Assembly (NCBI GenBank): GCA_041746375.1
Contig: JBGTHC010000045.1
Coordinates: forward strand, 13,204 to 77,203
Direction of reading: 5' to 3'
From: Woeseiaceae bacterium
Lineage (GTDB): Bacteria > Pseudomonadota > Gammaproteobacteria > Steroidobacterales > Woeseiaceae
DNA length: 64,000 nt
Shown: one piece after another, positions 21,063 through 29,612 of the stretch
Layout: each line of letters opens with the position of its first letter
How positions within the stretch are numbered: the stretch's first letter is position 1
Translations under genes and position numbers: made by a program
The notes under the pieces: generated by a model
What the model was told of the DNA's origin: nothing
What the model saw: the letters and a program-made list of their open reading frames with translations, nothing else
Database searches by the model: none

Positions 21063-22355
21063 TCAAGCGTCGCGTTGCTGCCCGTCGATTTCGACGATCA
21101 GCGGTTCCAGCACCAGTAACAGGCGCTGCAAGGCACCGCGGTTTTCTGCGACGATTTCCCGCCCCAGCAGCCCCAGCCGCCGCGCTTCAGTGTCGTCAGT
21201 CAGCAACGCGCTAATCGCCGCGCCAAGTTCACGACTGTCTGCAACCCGCGTCAACGCACCGATGCGCACAAACATTGCGGCGATATCCTGGGTATTGAAA
21301 AGGTGTGGCCCGGTGACGACTGGCAAGCCAAGGGCCGCCGCTTCGAGCAGATTGTGTCCGCCCACCGGTACGAGCGTGCCACCAACGAACGCGACATCCG
21401 CTGCGGAGTAGAATAACGGCACCTCCCCCATGGTATCGCCGAGGAAGACGCTGTCATCGGTGCCGGGGATTGCCCCGGAGGAACGGGACACAAAATTGAC
21501 ACCCTGACGCTGCAGCAATTGACGAACGGCGTCGAATCGCTCCGGATGCCGTGGCACGAGGATGAGCAACGTCTCGGGAATCGCTTCGCATACCTGGCTG
21601 TGTGCTTCGAGAACCTGTTCTTCCTCCCGCTGGTGGGTGCTGGCTGCGATCCAGACTGGCCGCATACCGAACATCCGGTCGCGCAGCTCGCGACCTCGTA
21701 CGACGAGATCCGAGGGAATCTCTACATCAAACTTGATATTGCCGGTAACGCGAGTTCGTTCCGGACGTGCGCCCAGCGCGCGGAAGCGCTGCGCATCCGA
21801 ATCGCTTTGCGCTGCAATGACGATACCGTGCGAAAGCGTTTCACGAAAAAGCGGCAACAGCTTGCGATAGTTGCGAACGGATTTTGGCGATATGCGCGCA
21901 CTCACCAGTACCAGCGGCACGTGCCTGAAACCGCATTCATGATAAAGATTGGGCCAAATCTCCGTTTCCATGATCAGGGCAAGTTGCGGTTTGGTGGCAT
22001 CGAAGAAATTTCGCACGGCTTGCGGTGTCTCGAACGGGATGTAGCAGTGTCGAACCGAATCACCGAAAACACTTTCTACCCGCGCTGCGCCGGTCGGAGT
22101 GACGGTGGTTAGCAAGATTTGTCGCCCTGGCAATCGCCTTGCCAGTGCGCGGACCAGCGGAATCGATGCCTGTACCTCGCCGACCGAAACTGCGTGAATC
22201 CAGATGCTCCCTTCCGGGATGCGTGGAAAGCCGAATCCGAAACGCTGGCCGACGCGGTCAAGGTAGGCGCGATTCACCATGCCCCGAAAGAGCCAGTAAA
22301 GTGCATATACCGGCAGGAGCAGGTAGGTGAGGATGGCGTAAAGGATTCTTATCAT
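21063..22355 (-). CDS. waaA: 3-deoxy-D-manno-octulosonic acid (Kdo) transferase
   Basis: Track ORF extends to 22496 and would overlap hldE. The conserved N-terminus MIRILYAILTYLLLPVYALYWLFRG starts at ATG 22355. WIHAVSVGE motif is present. Confidence 0.9.
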   Translation of the reverse strand: MIRILYAILTYLLLPVYALYWLFRGMVNRAYLDRVGQRFGFGFPRIPEGSIWIHAVSVGEVQASIPLVRALARRLPGRQILLTTVTPTGAARVESVFGDSVRHCYIPFETPQAVRNFFDATKPQLALIMETEIWPNLYHECGFRHVPLVLVSARISPKSVRNYRKLLPLFRETLSHGIVIAAQSDSDAQRFRALGARPERTRVTGNIKFDVEIPSDLVVRGRELRDRMFGMRPVWIAASTHQREEEQVLEAHSQVCEAIPETLLILVPRHPERFDAVRQLLQRQGVNFVSRSSGAIPGTDDSVFLGDTMGEVPLFYSAADVAFVGGTLVPVGGHNLLEAAALGLPVVTGPHLFNTQDIAAMFVRIGALTRVADSRELGAAISALLTDDTEARRLGLLGREIVAENRGALQRLLLVLEPLIVEIDGQQRDA

Positions 22356-22440
22356 TGGCGTCCGGGCAGGATCAATTGCCTGCCATCGCGCGATCCCGGG
22401 CTGCCTCCGGACCCCGGCGGGTTGTCCGGCAACGGCTTGG

Positions 22441-23862
22441 CTAACCCGACAATCGCTCGATGATCCGGCTCGTGGAATGACCGTGGCGGAACGCAAGAAC
22501 CTTTACGTCGCCGCCGCTTGCCAACACATCCTGCGCGCCGGCGATCTCATCGGCCCGGTAATCGCCCCCCTTAACAAGGACGTCCGGCATCACGGCGCTG
22601 ACAAGTCGCGTCGGCGTGTCATCGGAGAAAGGCACCACCCAATCCACCGCGGCCAGACCAGCCAACACCGACATACGATCCCGCAAAGCGTTGACCGGCC
22701 GGGAGGGGCCCTTGAGGCGGCGTACCGACTCATCGTCGTTGACTGCCACGACAAGGCGCTCGCCGAGTTTCCGTGCCTCTTCAAGGTAGGCGACGTGTCC
22801 CGCATGCAGCACATCGAAGCAACCGTTCGTCATTACGATTCTTTCCTGTCGCGCACGCGCCTCGGCGACCTGGAGCAGCAACTCAACCTCGCTCATCGCA
22901 CCACGACCGCCTTGCCCACCTTTGTGCAAGGCAACCTGCAACTCCGATGGCGTCGCAGCGGCGACACCGATCTTGCGGACGACAAGCCCTGCAGCCAGGT
23001 TGGCAAGCTCGGCGGCGTCCCGCAAGGCAGCGCCGCTGGCGAGTGCGGCAGCAAGTGTCGCAACGACCGTATCGCCAGCACCGGTCACATCGAACACCTC
23101 GCGGGCTTCGGTCGTCAAAAACACAGGTTGATGGCCGGCCTGTACCAGGAGCATGCCTTTTTCGCTGCGCGTGACCAGCAGCGCGTCGAGTTTCAGTGCC
23201 TCAACCATGCGGCCGGCTCGCTCGACAAGCATGTCGTTTGAATCACAGCGACCAGCTACAGCTTCGAATTCGGCCTGGTTCGGCGTTATCAGCGACGCAC
23301 CCCGATACCGCTGGAAGTTCTGACCTTTTGGATCGATCAGTATCGGCAGGCCGGCGGCACGCGAGGCGGCGATAATTTCGGCGGTGCGCGTCAATGTGCC
23401 CTTACCGTAATCGGAGAGTACGACCGCATTCATGCCCTTTAGCGCATCGCCCAGCATGGCAAGAATCGATGCTTCATGCGACTCGTCAGGGAGCTCTTCC
23501 CGATCGAGACGAATCAGCTGCTGGCCGCGACTCTGCACACGCGTTTTTGTGATGGTGGGCCAGGTGGCCGAGCGGGCAAAACGACAGTCGATGCCGTGCT
23601 GCATAACCAGGCGTTCAAGAATCTGTGCTTCGACGTCGTCGCCGACAATCCCCAGCAAGACAGTATGCGCGCCGAGGGTCGCCAGATTGACTGCAACATT
23701 CGCCGCACCGCCGGGGCGATCTTCGCTGGATCTCAGGTGCACGACGGGAACCGGTGCTTCCGGCGAGGTTCGGTTCGTCGCCCCAAAAAGGTAGCGATCG
23801 AGCATGACGTCGCCAGCGACGACTACCCTGGCACGCGCAAAATCGGGGATGGAAAGCGTCAC
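22441..23862 (-). CDS. hldE: bifunctional D-beta-D-heptose 7-phosphate kinase / heptose 1-phosphate adenylyltransferase
   Basis: 473 aa. Ribokinase-like N-domain followed by a cytidylyltransferase C-domain (TNGCFDVLHAGHVAYLEEA). Confidence 0.92.
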   Translation of the reverse strand: MTLSIPDFARARVVVAGDVMLDRYLFGATNRTSPEAPVPVVHLRSSEDRPGGAANVAVNLATLGAHTVLLGIVGDDVEAQILERLVMQHGIDCRFARSATWPTITKTRVQSRGQQLIRLDREELPDESHEASILAMLGDALKGMNAVVLSDYGKGTLTRTAEIIAASRAAGLPILIDPKGQNFQRYRGASLITPNQAEFEAVAGRCDSNDMLVERAGRMVEALKLDALLVTRSEKGMLLVQAGHQPVFLTTEAREVFDVTGAGDTVVATLAAALASGAALRDAAELANLAAGLVVRKIGVAAATPSELQVALHKGGQGGRGAMSEVELLLQVAEARARQERIVMTNGCFDVLHAGHVAYLEEARKLGERLVVAVNDDESVRRLKGPSRPVNALRDRMSVLAGLAAVDWVVPFSDDTPTRLVSAVMPDVLVKGGDYRADEIAGAQDVLASGGDVKVLAFRHGHSTSRIIERLSG

Positions 23863-23968
23863 AGGGCGATACTACACCAGACGTCCGTTACCGGGACTAT
23901 GCGGTCCGCGGACTGCTATGGCCGGTTCAGCCGCATTTGTTCATCCGCCGTTGTTTACCCGCACTTGC

Positions 23969-24685
23969 TTATCCGCACTTGGAATCGCCGCAGCTGAGGC
24001 AGGTCATGCAGCCATCCATCATGATCGCCGCCGCGGTGCTGCACTTGGCGCACAATTGTGCACCTTCCGGATAATCGCTCTTGGAAAAGGCGTCCTTCTG
24101 TCGACTACGTGATTCGAATTCAGCACGTTTTTGCTCGATAAGGGAAATCTGCGCCTCGTCGAGCTGCGGCTGCACCAGCAGACCAATGGAGATCAGGTGC
24201 TTCTCGACGATATAGCCGAGCTCGGCAATAATAGACGGCATGAAGCGGCCGCCCGGTTTCCAGTAGCCGCCTCGCGGATCGAAGACCGCCTTGAGCTCGT
24301 CGACGAGAAAGGTCACGTCGCCGCCCTTTCGAAACACTGCCGAGATGATGCGCGTCAGGGCCACAATCCACTGGTAGTGATCCAGGTTCTTCGAATTGAT
24401 GAAGATCTCGAATGGCCGTCTTTTCTCGTGCTCCGTTCCTTCATTGAGAATGATGTCGTTGATCGTTACGTACATGGCGTGATCGGAGATCGGCGTCTTG
24501 ACCTTGTAGGTCGAGCCTACCAGCATCTCCGGGCGTTCGAGTTTTTCGTGCATACGAATAACTTCCGCCCGCCCGCCTGCGCCACCTTCGCGCGGGTAAT
24601 CCGGTTTCCGTTCTTCGGCTTCCTTGACGGGCGGTGTCTTCACCCCGCAGCCGACGATTTTCCTGTCAATCTTGAGCTTGCTCAT
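23969..24685 (-). CDS. nrdJb: class II (adenosylcobalamin-dependent) ribonucleotide reductase, C-terminal polypeptide
   Basis: 238 aa. RNR barrel C-terminal region (YKVKTPISDHAMYVTINDI...) and a Cys-rich tail CAKCSTAAAIMMDGCMTCLSCGDSKCG. Begins 29 nt after the nrdJa stop, the split arrangement known from Pseudomonas aeruginosa. Confidence 0.85.
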   Translation of the reverse strand: MSKLKIDRKIVGCGVKTPPVKEAEERKPDYPREGGAGGRAEVIRMHEKLERPEMLVGSTYKVKTPISDHAMYVTINDIILNEGTEHEKRRPFEIFINSKNLDHYQWIVALTRIISAVFRKGGDVTFLVDELKAVFDPRGGYWKPGGRFMPSIIAELGYIVEKHLISIGLLVQPQLDEAQISLIEQKRAEFESRSRQKDAFSKSDYPEGAQLCAKCSTAAAIMMDGCMTCLSCGDSKCG

Positions 24686-24714
24686 AGCATGTCACTCTGA
24701 ATCCGATTGGATGT

Positions 24715-26877
24715 TCAAAACTTACCGTAATAGCCTTCTTTCAAAGCGTCGAAGAGATTGGCCGCCGTATGTACCTCGCCGTCGTACTCGATCTCCTGAT
24801 CGCCCTTGACTTCCACCTCACTGCCGTCTTCCAGGGTAAACGTATAGGTGGTGTTCTTGAGATCCTGTTCTTTGACAAGCACACCCTGGAACGCCTCCGG
24901 GTTGAAGCGAAACGTAGTGCAGCCCTTCAATCCCTGTTGCCACGCATACAGGTAAATATCCTTGAAGTCTTCATAGGGATAATCCGTCGGTACGTTGGCC
25001 GTCTTGGAGATAGACGAATCAATCCATTTCTGCGCCGCTGCCTGAATATCGACGTGGGCCGTTGGTGCGATATCCTCCGCCGTGACAAAGTAGTCAGGCA
25101 GCAGATCATCGTCCGAGTCCCCCGTCTTCTTATTGCTGGTCGGCAACGCATTGTCATTGACCAACTCGCGGTAGGCCAACAACTCGAATGAAAAGACATC
25201 GATCTTTTCCTTGGATTTCTTGCCCTGGCGAATTACGTTTCGAAAATAATGATGCGCGAAGCTCGGCTCGATGCCGTTGCTTGCATTGTTCGCCAAGGAC
25301 AGCGACATAGTGCCGGTCGGTGCGATCGAGCTATGGTGCGTAAAGCGCGCCCCGACCTCCGCCAGGCGATCGACCAGCTCCGGCGCCTCCCCGGCTATGC
25401 GCTGCATGTACCGACTGTATCGGCAGTGCAGAATTCGTCCCGGCACCTTGTCGCCGACACGGTAGCCGTCGTTCGTCATTTCCGGGCGTTTTGCCAGCAT
25501 TTCCGGCGTAACATCGAACAACTCGGTCATGATCGGTGCCGGCCCTTTCTCCTCTGCCAGCTCCAGCGCCGCTTCCCAGCCGGCCAGTGCCAGTTGTCTC
25601 GACACCTCTTCGGTAAACTGCACCGCGGTCGCTTCGCCGTACTTCATGCGCAACATGGTGATTGTGGAACCCAGCCCCAGGAAGCCCATACCGTGACGCC
25701 GCTTGCGATTGATCTCGCGCCGCTGCAATGGCAAGGGCAGCCCATTGATCTCGACAACGTTATCGAGCATCCGGGTAAACACCTTGACGACGCGACGAAA
25801 CTCTTCCCAGTCGAAGCGTGCTTCCTCGGTAAAGGGATCAATGACAAACCGGGTCAGATTGACTGACCCCAGCAGGCATGAGCCATACGGGGGCAGCGGT
25901 TGCTCGCCACAAGGATTGGTGGCGCGGATTTTCTCGGCAAACCAGTTATTATTCATCTCATTGACTTTGTCGATCAGCACGAAGCCAGGCTCGGCAAAGT
26001 CATAGGTCGAGGCCATGATCACATCCCACACACGCCGCGCAGGCAAACGTCGATAGATCTTGCAGGCAACCAGCCCCTCGTCGTTGCGCACGTAGCTGTC
26101 GGGTTCCGGCCATTCCCGCCAGACGAACTGCGTGTCATCGCCGACGTCGTGCCGGTCCTGCTCAAGCTCTTTCGGCGTGATGGGAAAGGCGAGCTGCCAG
26201 TCTGCATCGTTGGTCACGGCCTGCATGAACTCGTCGGTAATGAGCAAAGAGAGATTAAACTGCCGCAACCGGCCGTCTTCGCGCTTGGCACGAATGAAAT
26301 CCATGACGTCCGGGTGCCCGATATCAAAGGTGCCCATCTGGGCGCCGCGCCGCCCGCCAGCGGAGGACACCGTGAAACACATCTTGTCGTAGATATCCAT
26401 GAAGGACAGCGGTCCCGACGTGTACGCCCCTGCCCCGGTCACGTACGCCCCTTTCGGTCGCAGCGTGGAAAATTCGTAACCGATGCCGCAGCCGGCTTTG
26501 AGAGTCAGTCCCGCTTCATGCACCTTGTTCAGAATGTTATCCATTGAATCGCCGACGGTCCCCGAAACGGTGCAATTGATGGTCGAGGTGGCGGGCTTAT
26601 GCTCGAGCGCTCCGGCATTGGAAATTATCCGGCCCGCCGGTATCGCCCCGCTGCGCAGAGCCCACAGGAATTCCTCGTAGCAACTGTCGCGCAACGACTC
26701 CTTCTCCACATTGGCCAGCGCTCGCGCCACACGTTTGTAGGTGTCATCGATCGTCGCATCGAGTGGCTCGCCATCCTTGGCCGTCAGTCGATATTTTGCT
26801 TTCCAGATATCCAGCGATGCGGGCTGGAGTTTGATGTCACTGATCGTGCTGGCGTGAAAATTCACCGCGGACTTCAT
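24715..26877 (-). CDS. nrdJa: class II ribonucleotide reductase, large N-terminal polypeptide
   Basis: Track ORF extends to 26961; a likely start is ATG 26877 (MKSAVNFHASTISD). Active-site TNPCGEQPLPPYGSCLLGS and a full RNR barrel. Confidence 0.9.
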   Translation of the reverse strand: MKSAVNFHASTISDIKLQPASLDIWKAKYRLTAKDGEPLDATIDDTYKRVARALANVEKESLRDSCYEEFLWALRSGAIPAGRIISNAGALEHKPATSTINCTVSGTVGDSMDNILNKVHEAGLTLKAGCGIGYEFSTLRPKGAYVTGAGAYTSGPLSFMDIYDKMCFTVSSAGGRRGAQMGTFDIGHPDVMDFIRAKREDGRLRQFNLSLLITDEFMQAVTNDADWQLAFPITPKELEQDRHDVGDDTQFVWREWPEPDSYVRNDEGLVACKIYRRLPARRVWDVIMASTYDFAEPGFVLIDKVNEMNNNWFAEKIRATNPCGEQPLPPYGSCLLGSVNLTRFVIDPFTEEARFDWEEFRRVVKVFTRMLDNVVEINGLPLPLQRREINRKRRHGMGFLGLGSTITMLRMKYGEATAVQFTEEVSRQLALAGWEAALELAEEKGPAPIMTELFDVTPEMLAKRPEMTNDGYRVGDKVPGRILHCRYSRYMQRIAGEAPELVDRLAEVGARFTHHSSIAPTGTMSLSLANNASNGIEPSFAHHYFRNVIRQGKKSKEKIDVFSFELLAYRELVNDNALPTSNKKTGDSDDDLLPDYFVTAEDIAPTAHVDIQAAAQKWIDSSISKTANVPTDYPYEDFKDIYLYAWQQGLKGCTTFRFNPEAFQGVLVKEQDLKNTTYTFTLEDGSEVEVKGDQEIEYDGEVHTAANLFDALKEGYYGKF

Positions 26878-27112
26878 GTGGTCCTGTACTCCCCTGAATT
26901 GCACTTGTGAACCGGCCTTGCGATCTGCCCTTGCGAATGACTCCCGCGACATTGCCGGCAAACTGCGCGCGCAATTTTTGTCACGAATTCCCCAGGCGGA
27001 GACCCCAAGTCCCTACTCCCATCGCTTTGCCCAGCGAAAAGCGCCCCGCTCACCGCTAATTGGAGTATTCAGCGACGAGTGCCTAAACGGCCCCGGATCA
27101 TCGTTTTGGCAG

Positions 27113-27128
27113 GCACAAGATGTTGTGT
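27113..27128. promoter_or_regulatory. NrdR-box-like operator 1
   Basis: GCACAAGATGTTGTGT matches 15/16 positions of the NrdR palindrome acaCwAnATnTwGtgt. It lies just downstream of the predicted nrdJ -10. Confidence 0.55.
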
Positions 27129-27141
27129 CTGATGGCTAGCA

Positions 27142-27170
27142 AGATTATGCCCGCAACGGCCGACTGTCAA
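27142..27170 (-). promoter_or_regulatory. sigma-70 promoter for nrdJab
   Basis: The minus strand reads TTGACA-17 nt-TAATCT, a perfect -35 with optimal spacing. It would give a leader of roughly 260 nt. Confidence 0.55.
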
Positions 27171-27291
27171 GGTTTTATACGATTTTTTGGGCTGGATTTT
27201 ATTAATATAAAAACAAAGAGTTATCGAAACAATCGCAGTAAGCTGTTTAAATTATTGCGGAAAAAAATGACAGTTTTGTGAAAGTTATGTC

Positions 27292-27307
27292 GCACAACAT
27301 CTAGTGG
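27292..27307. promoter_or_regulatory. NrdR-box-like operator 2
   Basis: GCACAACATCTAGTGG matches 14/16 positions of the NrdR palindrome. Its centre is 179 bp from box 1, across an AT-rich tract. Confidence 0.4.
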
Positions 27308-27386
27308 CTCGAAAACCATCGGCGCAGCGCCCGTGGGACGCCGCTTTCAGCCGGCTGCAGCGCGCCGGCGAAGGCGAATAGCGACT

Positions 27387-27414
27387 CTTGAAATGGTATT
27401 GAACGACCCCATCA
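27387..27414 (+). promoter_or_regulatory. sigma-32 (RpoH) heat-shock promoter for hsp20
   Basis: CTTGAAA-13 nt-CCCCATCA, a near-perfect match to CTTGAAA-N13/14-CCCCATnT. It lies 32 nt upstream of the hsp20 ATG, which has an AAGGAGA ribosome-binding site. Confidence 0.8.
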
Positions 27415-27445
27415 AGGCGGCACCAGTACTTGCAAGGAGACCGAT

Positions 27446-27898
27446 ATGAATGTGACCAGATATGAGCCCTGGACGCTACTCAACCTGTTGCACCGCGATC
27501 TGGACCAGATTGCCGGTCGACGTTTTGGCATCGGGCAGGAATCCGCCGACGGCAGCAACTCCGTTGCCGACTGGATTCCGCCGGTTGATATTGTCGAAGA
27601 GAAAGAGCGTTTCGTATTGCGGGCCGACTTACCAGGCGTCAATCCCGAGCAGATCGAGATCAGCATGGAACACGGGGTCTTGAGCATAGCCGGTGAGCGG
27701 CGTGAGGAGCATTCCGGGCAGGTTGAAGGAATGCAGCGAGTGGAACGGATTTCCGGCAAGTTTTACCGCCGGTTCAGTCTGCCGGAGACCGCCGATGCGG
27801 AACATATTTCCGCAAAGAGCTCGAACGGCATACTTGAAGTTGCCATTCCGAAACAGGCACAGGTGCAGGCGCGACGAATTACCGTGCAGGCCAGTTGA
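27446..27898 (+). CDS. ibpA: small heat-shock protein, Hsp20/alpha-crystallin family
   Basis: 150 aa. Alpha-crystallin domain (WIPPVDIVEEKERFVLRADLPGV...GVLSIAGER...FYRRFSLPE...GILEVAIPK). Confidence 0.9.
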   Translation: MNVTRYEPWTLLNLLHRDLDQIAGRRFGIGQESADGSNSVADWIPPVDIVEEKERFVLRADLPGVNPEQIEISMEHGVLSIAGERREEHSGQVEGMQRVERISGKFYRRFSLPETADAEHISAKSSNGILEVAIPKQAQVQARRITVQAS

Positions 27899-28013
27899 CC
27901 GGCCTGTTGCGACGCCGAGGAGTCAGGTGTCGCTCGACGACAGGGACTGTTGATCGGGCGACACCAGCAACGCAATTTGCAGCGCAAGTCGCCGCTCAAT
28001 TTGCAATGATCCC

Positions 28014-28042
28014 GGAACTTTGTACAGTTCGGGCAGGTCTTC
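28014..28042 (+). promoter_or_regulatory. candidate sigma-E (RpoE) promoter for degP
   Basis: GGAACTT-17 nt-TCTTC. The -35 is a perfect sigma-E consensus, while the -10 matches only at TC. degP is a classic sigma-E regulon member. Confidence 0.35.
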
Positions 28043-28136
28043 GGTGTGAAGCTTGGCGGTTCGCAGCCGGTCCGCACCGACGGCCTGTGTCCGTCGGGCA
28101 TATCGCCGGACATTTCGCATGAGGACCTGTTTTAAA

Positions 28137-29483
28137 ATGAAGAGAATGTTCCCGACTCTGTCAATGGCCGCAATTCTGTTGCTGGCAACCGTTGCGCACG
28201 GCCAATTGCCGCACCAGGTCGACGGCCAGCCGCTGCCAAGCCTGGCGCCGCTGGTGAAAAAAGCCGCGCCGGCTGTCGTGAACATCCGCGTCAGCCAGAC
28301 TGTGAGCTCGCAAACCTCGCCGTACGCCGACGAAATGTTTCGCCGCTTTTTCGGACTGCCGGATACGCCCGGCGGCTCGCGCGAGGTGGCGAGCGCCGGC
28401 TCCGGAGTCATTGTCGATGCGGAAAACGGCTATATCCTGACCAACCATCACGTGGTGGAGAGCGCCGACAAGATCCAGGTTTATTTATTCAACGAAGATT
28501 CACTGGAAGCCGAGGTGGTAGGGTCGGATGCGGCGACGGACATCGCCGTTCTGAAAGTCGACCCTGAGAACCTGGTCGAAATTCCCATTGGTGACTCGAC
28601 CGCGGTAGAGGTCGGCGACTTCGTCATTGCTATCGGCAACCCGTTCGGGCTCGGTCACACCGTGACCTCGGGCATCGTCCGTGCACTGGGGCGCTATGGC
28701 ATCAGTCGTGACGGCCTGGAAGATTTCATTCAAACGGACGCCTCGATCAATCCGGGTAATTCCGGCGGCGCGCTGGTCAATATGCGCGGTGAACTGGTCG
28801 GCATCAACTCCGCCATTATCAGTCGCACAGGCGGCAATATCGGAATTGGATTCGCCGTGCCCTCGGAAATCGCAAGTTCGATCATGGCCCAGATTCTCGA
28901 TTTTGGCGAGGTCCGGCGCGGTTTGCTCGGCGTCACCATTGCGACGATCGATGCGGCGAGTGCCGAGGCACTCGGCGCCGAGGTTGATCGCGGTGCGCTG
29001 ATTTCCAATATCGAGCCGGAATCGGCGGCCGAAAAGGCCGGCCTGCAAGTTGACGACATCATTACCAAGGTCGACAACCGGAGAATCAACAACAGTCGCG
29101 AACTCGCCAACGCTATCGGCCTGAAGGGCTCTGGCGAGGACGTGACGATCGAGTACATCCGCGAGGGCCGGACCCGCACAGTGAAGGCGACACTGGACTC
29201 ACGGGAGCAGGTTCAAAGTGCTGGCGCGGACCTTCATCCGGGGTTGGCCGGTGCCCGGTTTTCGGCCACTTCAGCCAGCTCCGGCGACGGCATCGAAGTC
29301 AGCGACGTGGAACCGGACAGCCCGGCAGCGCAACGCGGATTGCGGGCCGGTGACGTTATCATTGCCGTCAATCGCAGCAGGGTTCGCAATCTCCAGGACC
29401 TGCAGGAGATCGCATCACGCAACCAGATTCTGTTCCTGATGGTGCGCCGTGCCGATCGGCAGCTGATGCTGCAGATCCGGTGA
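28137..29483 (+). CDS. degP: periplasmic serine endoprotease, DegP/DegQ (HtrA) family with two PDZ domains
   Basis: Track ORF 28053..29483. ATG 28137 gives the signal peptide MKRMFPTLSMAAILLLATVAHG. Catalytic HHVV, D and GNSGGAL motifs plus two PDZ regions. Confidence 0.9.
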   Translation: MKRMFPTLSMAAILLLATVAHGQLPHQVDGQPLPSLAPLVKKAAPAVVNIRVSQTVSSQTSPYADEMFRRFFGLPDTPGGSREVASAGSGVIVDAENGYILTNHHVVESADKIQVYLFNEDSLEAEVVGSDAATDIAVLKVDPENLVEIPIGDSTAVEVGDFVIAIGNPFGLGHTVTSGIVRALGRYGISRDGLEDFIQTDASINPGNSGGALVNMRGELVGINSAIISRTGGNIGIGFAVPSEIASSIMAQILDFGEVRRGLLGVTIATIDAASAEALGAEVDRGALISNIEPESAAEKAGLQVDDIITKVDNRRINNSRELANAIGLKGSGEDVTIEYIREGRTRTVKATLDSREQVQSAGADLHPGLAGARFSATSASSGDGIEVSDVEPDSPAAQRGLRAGDVIIAVNRSRVRNLQDLQEIASRNQILFLMVRRADRQLMLQIR

Positions 29484-29612
29484 TTTCCTGTGCGGTGCCG
29501 GTTCAGGATTCTGCGTGAACGAGTGCACCGCCAGCCGTCTGCGACGGATTGATTGCCGGATGCCTGGCAAGGCTGCCGTTGGCGTCCAGCGATCGCCTGT
29601 TGTTCGCACGCC

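Noticed and set aside
22356-22496. 5' extensions of the track ORFs for waaA (to 22496), uppP (to 35396), rnd (from 9833), metK (from 1531), rpsU (from 39354), degP (from 28053) and nrdJa (to 26961).
   Set aside because: The conserved N-termini of these families begin at internal start codons. The extensions are low-complexity, overlap neighbouring genes or promoters, and lack signal or functional motifs.
26878-27112. Possible cobalamin riboswitch in the long nrdJ leader.
   Set aside because: No B12-box-like sequence was seen. Repression by B12 would also be illogical for a B12-dependent RNR. NrdR-type control fits the observed palindromes better.
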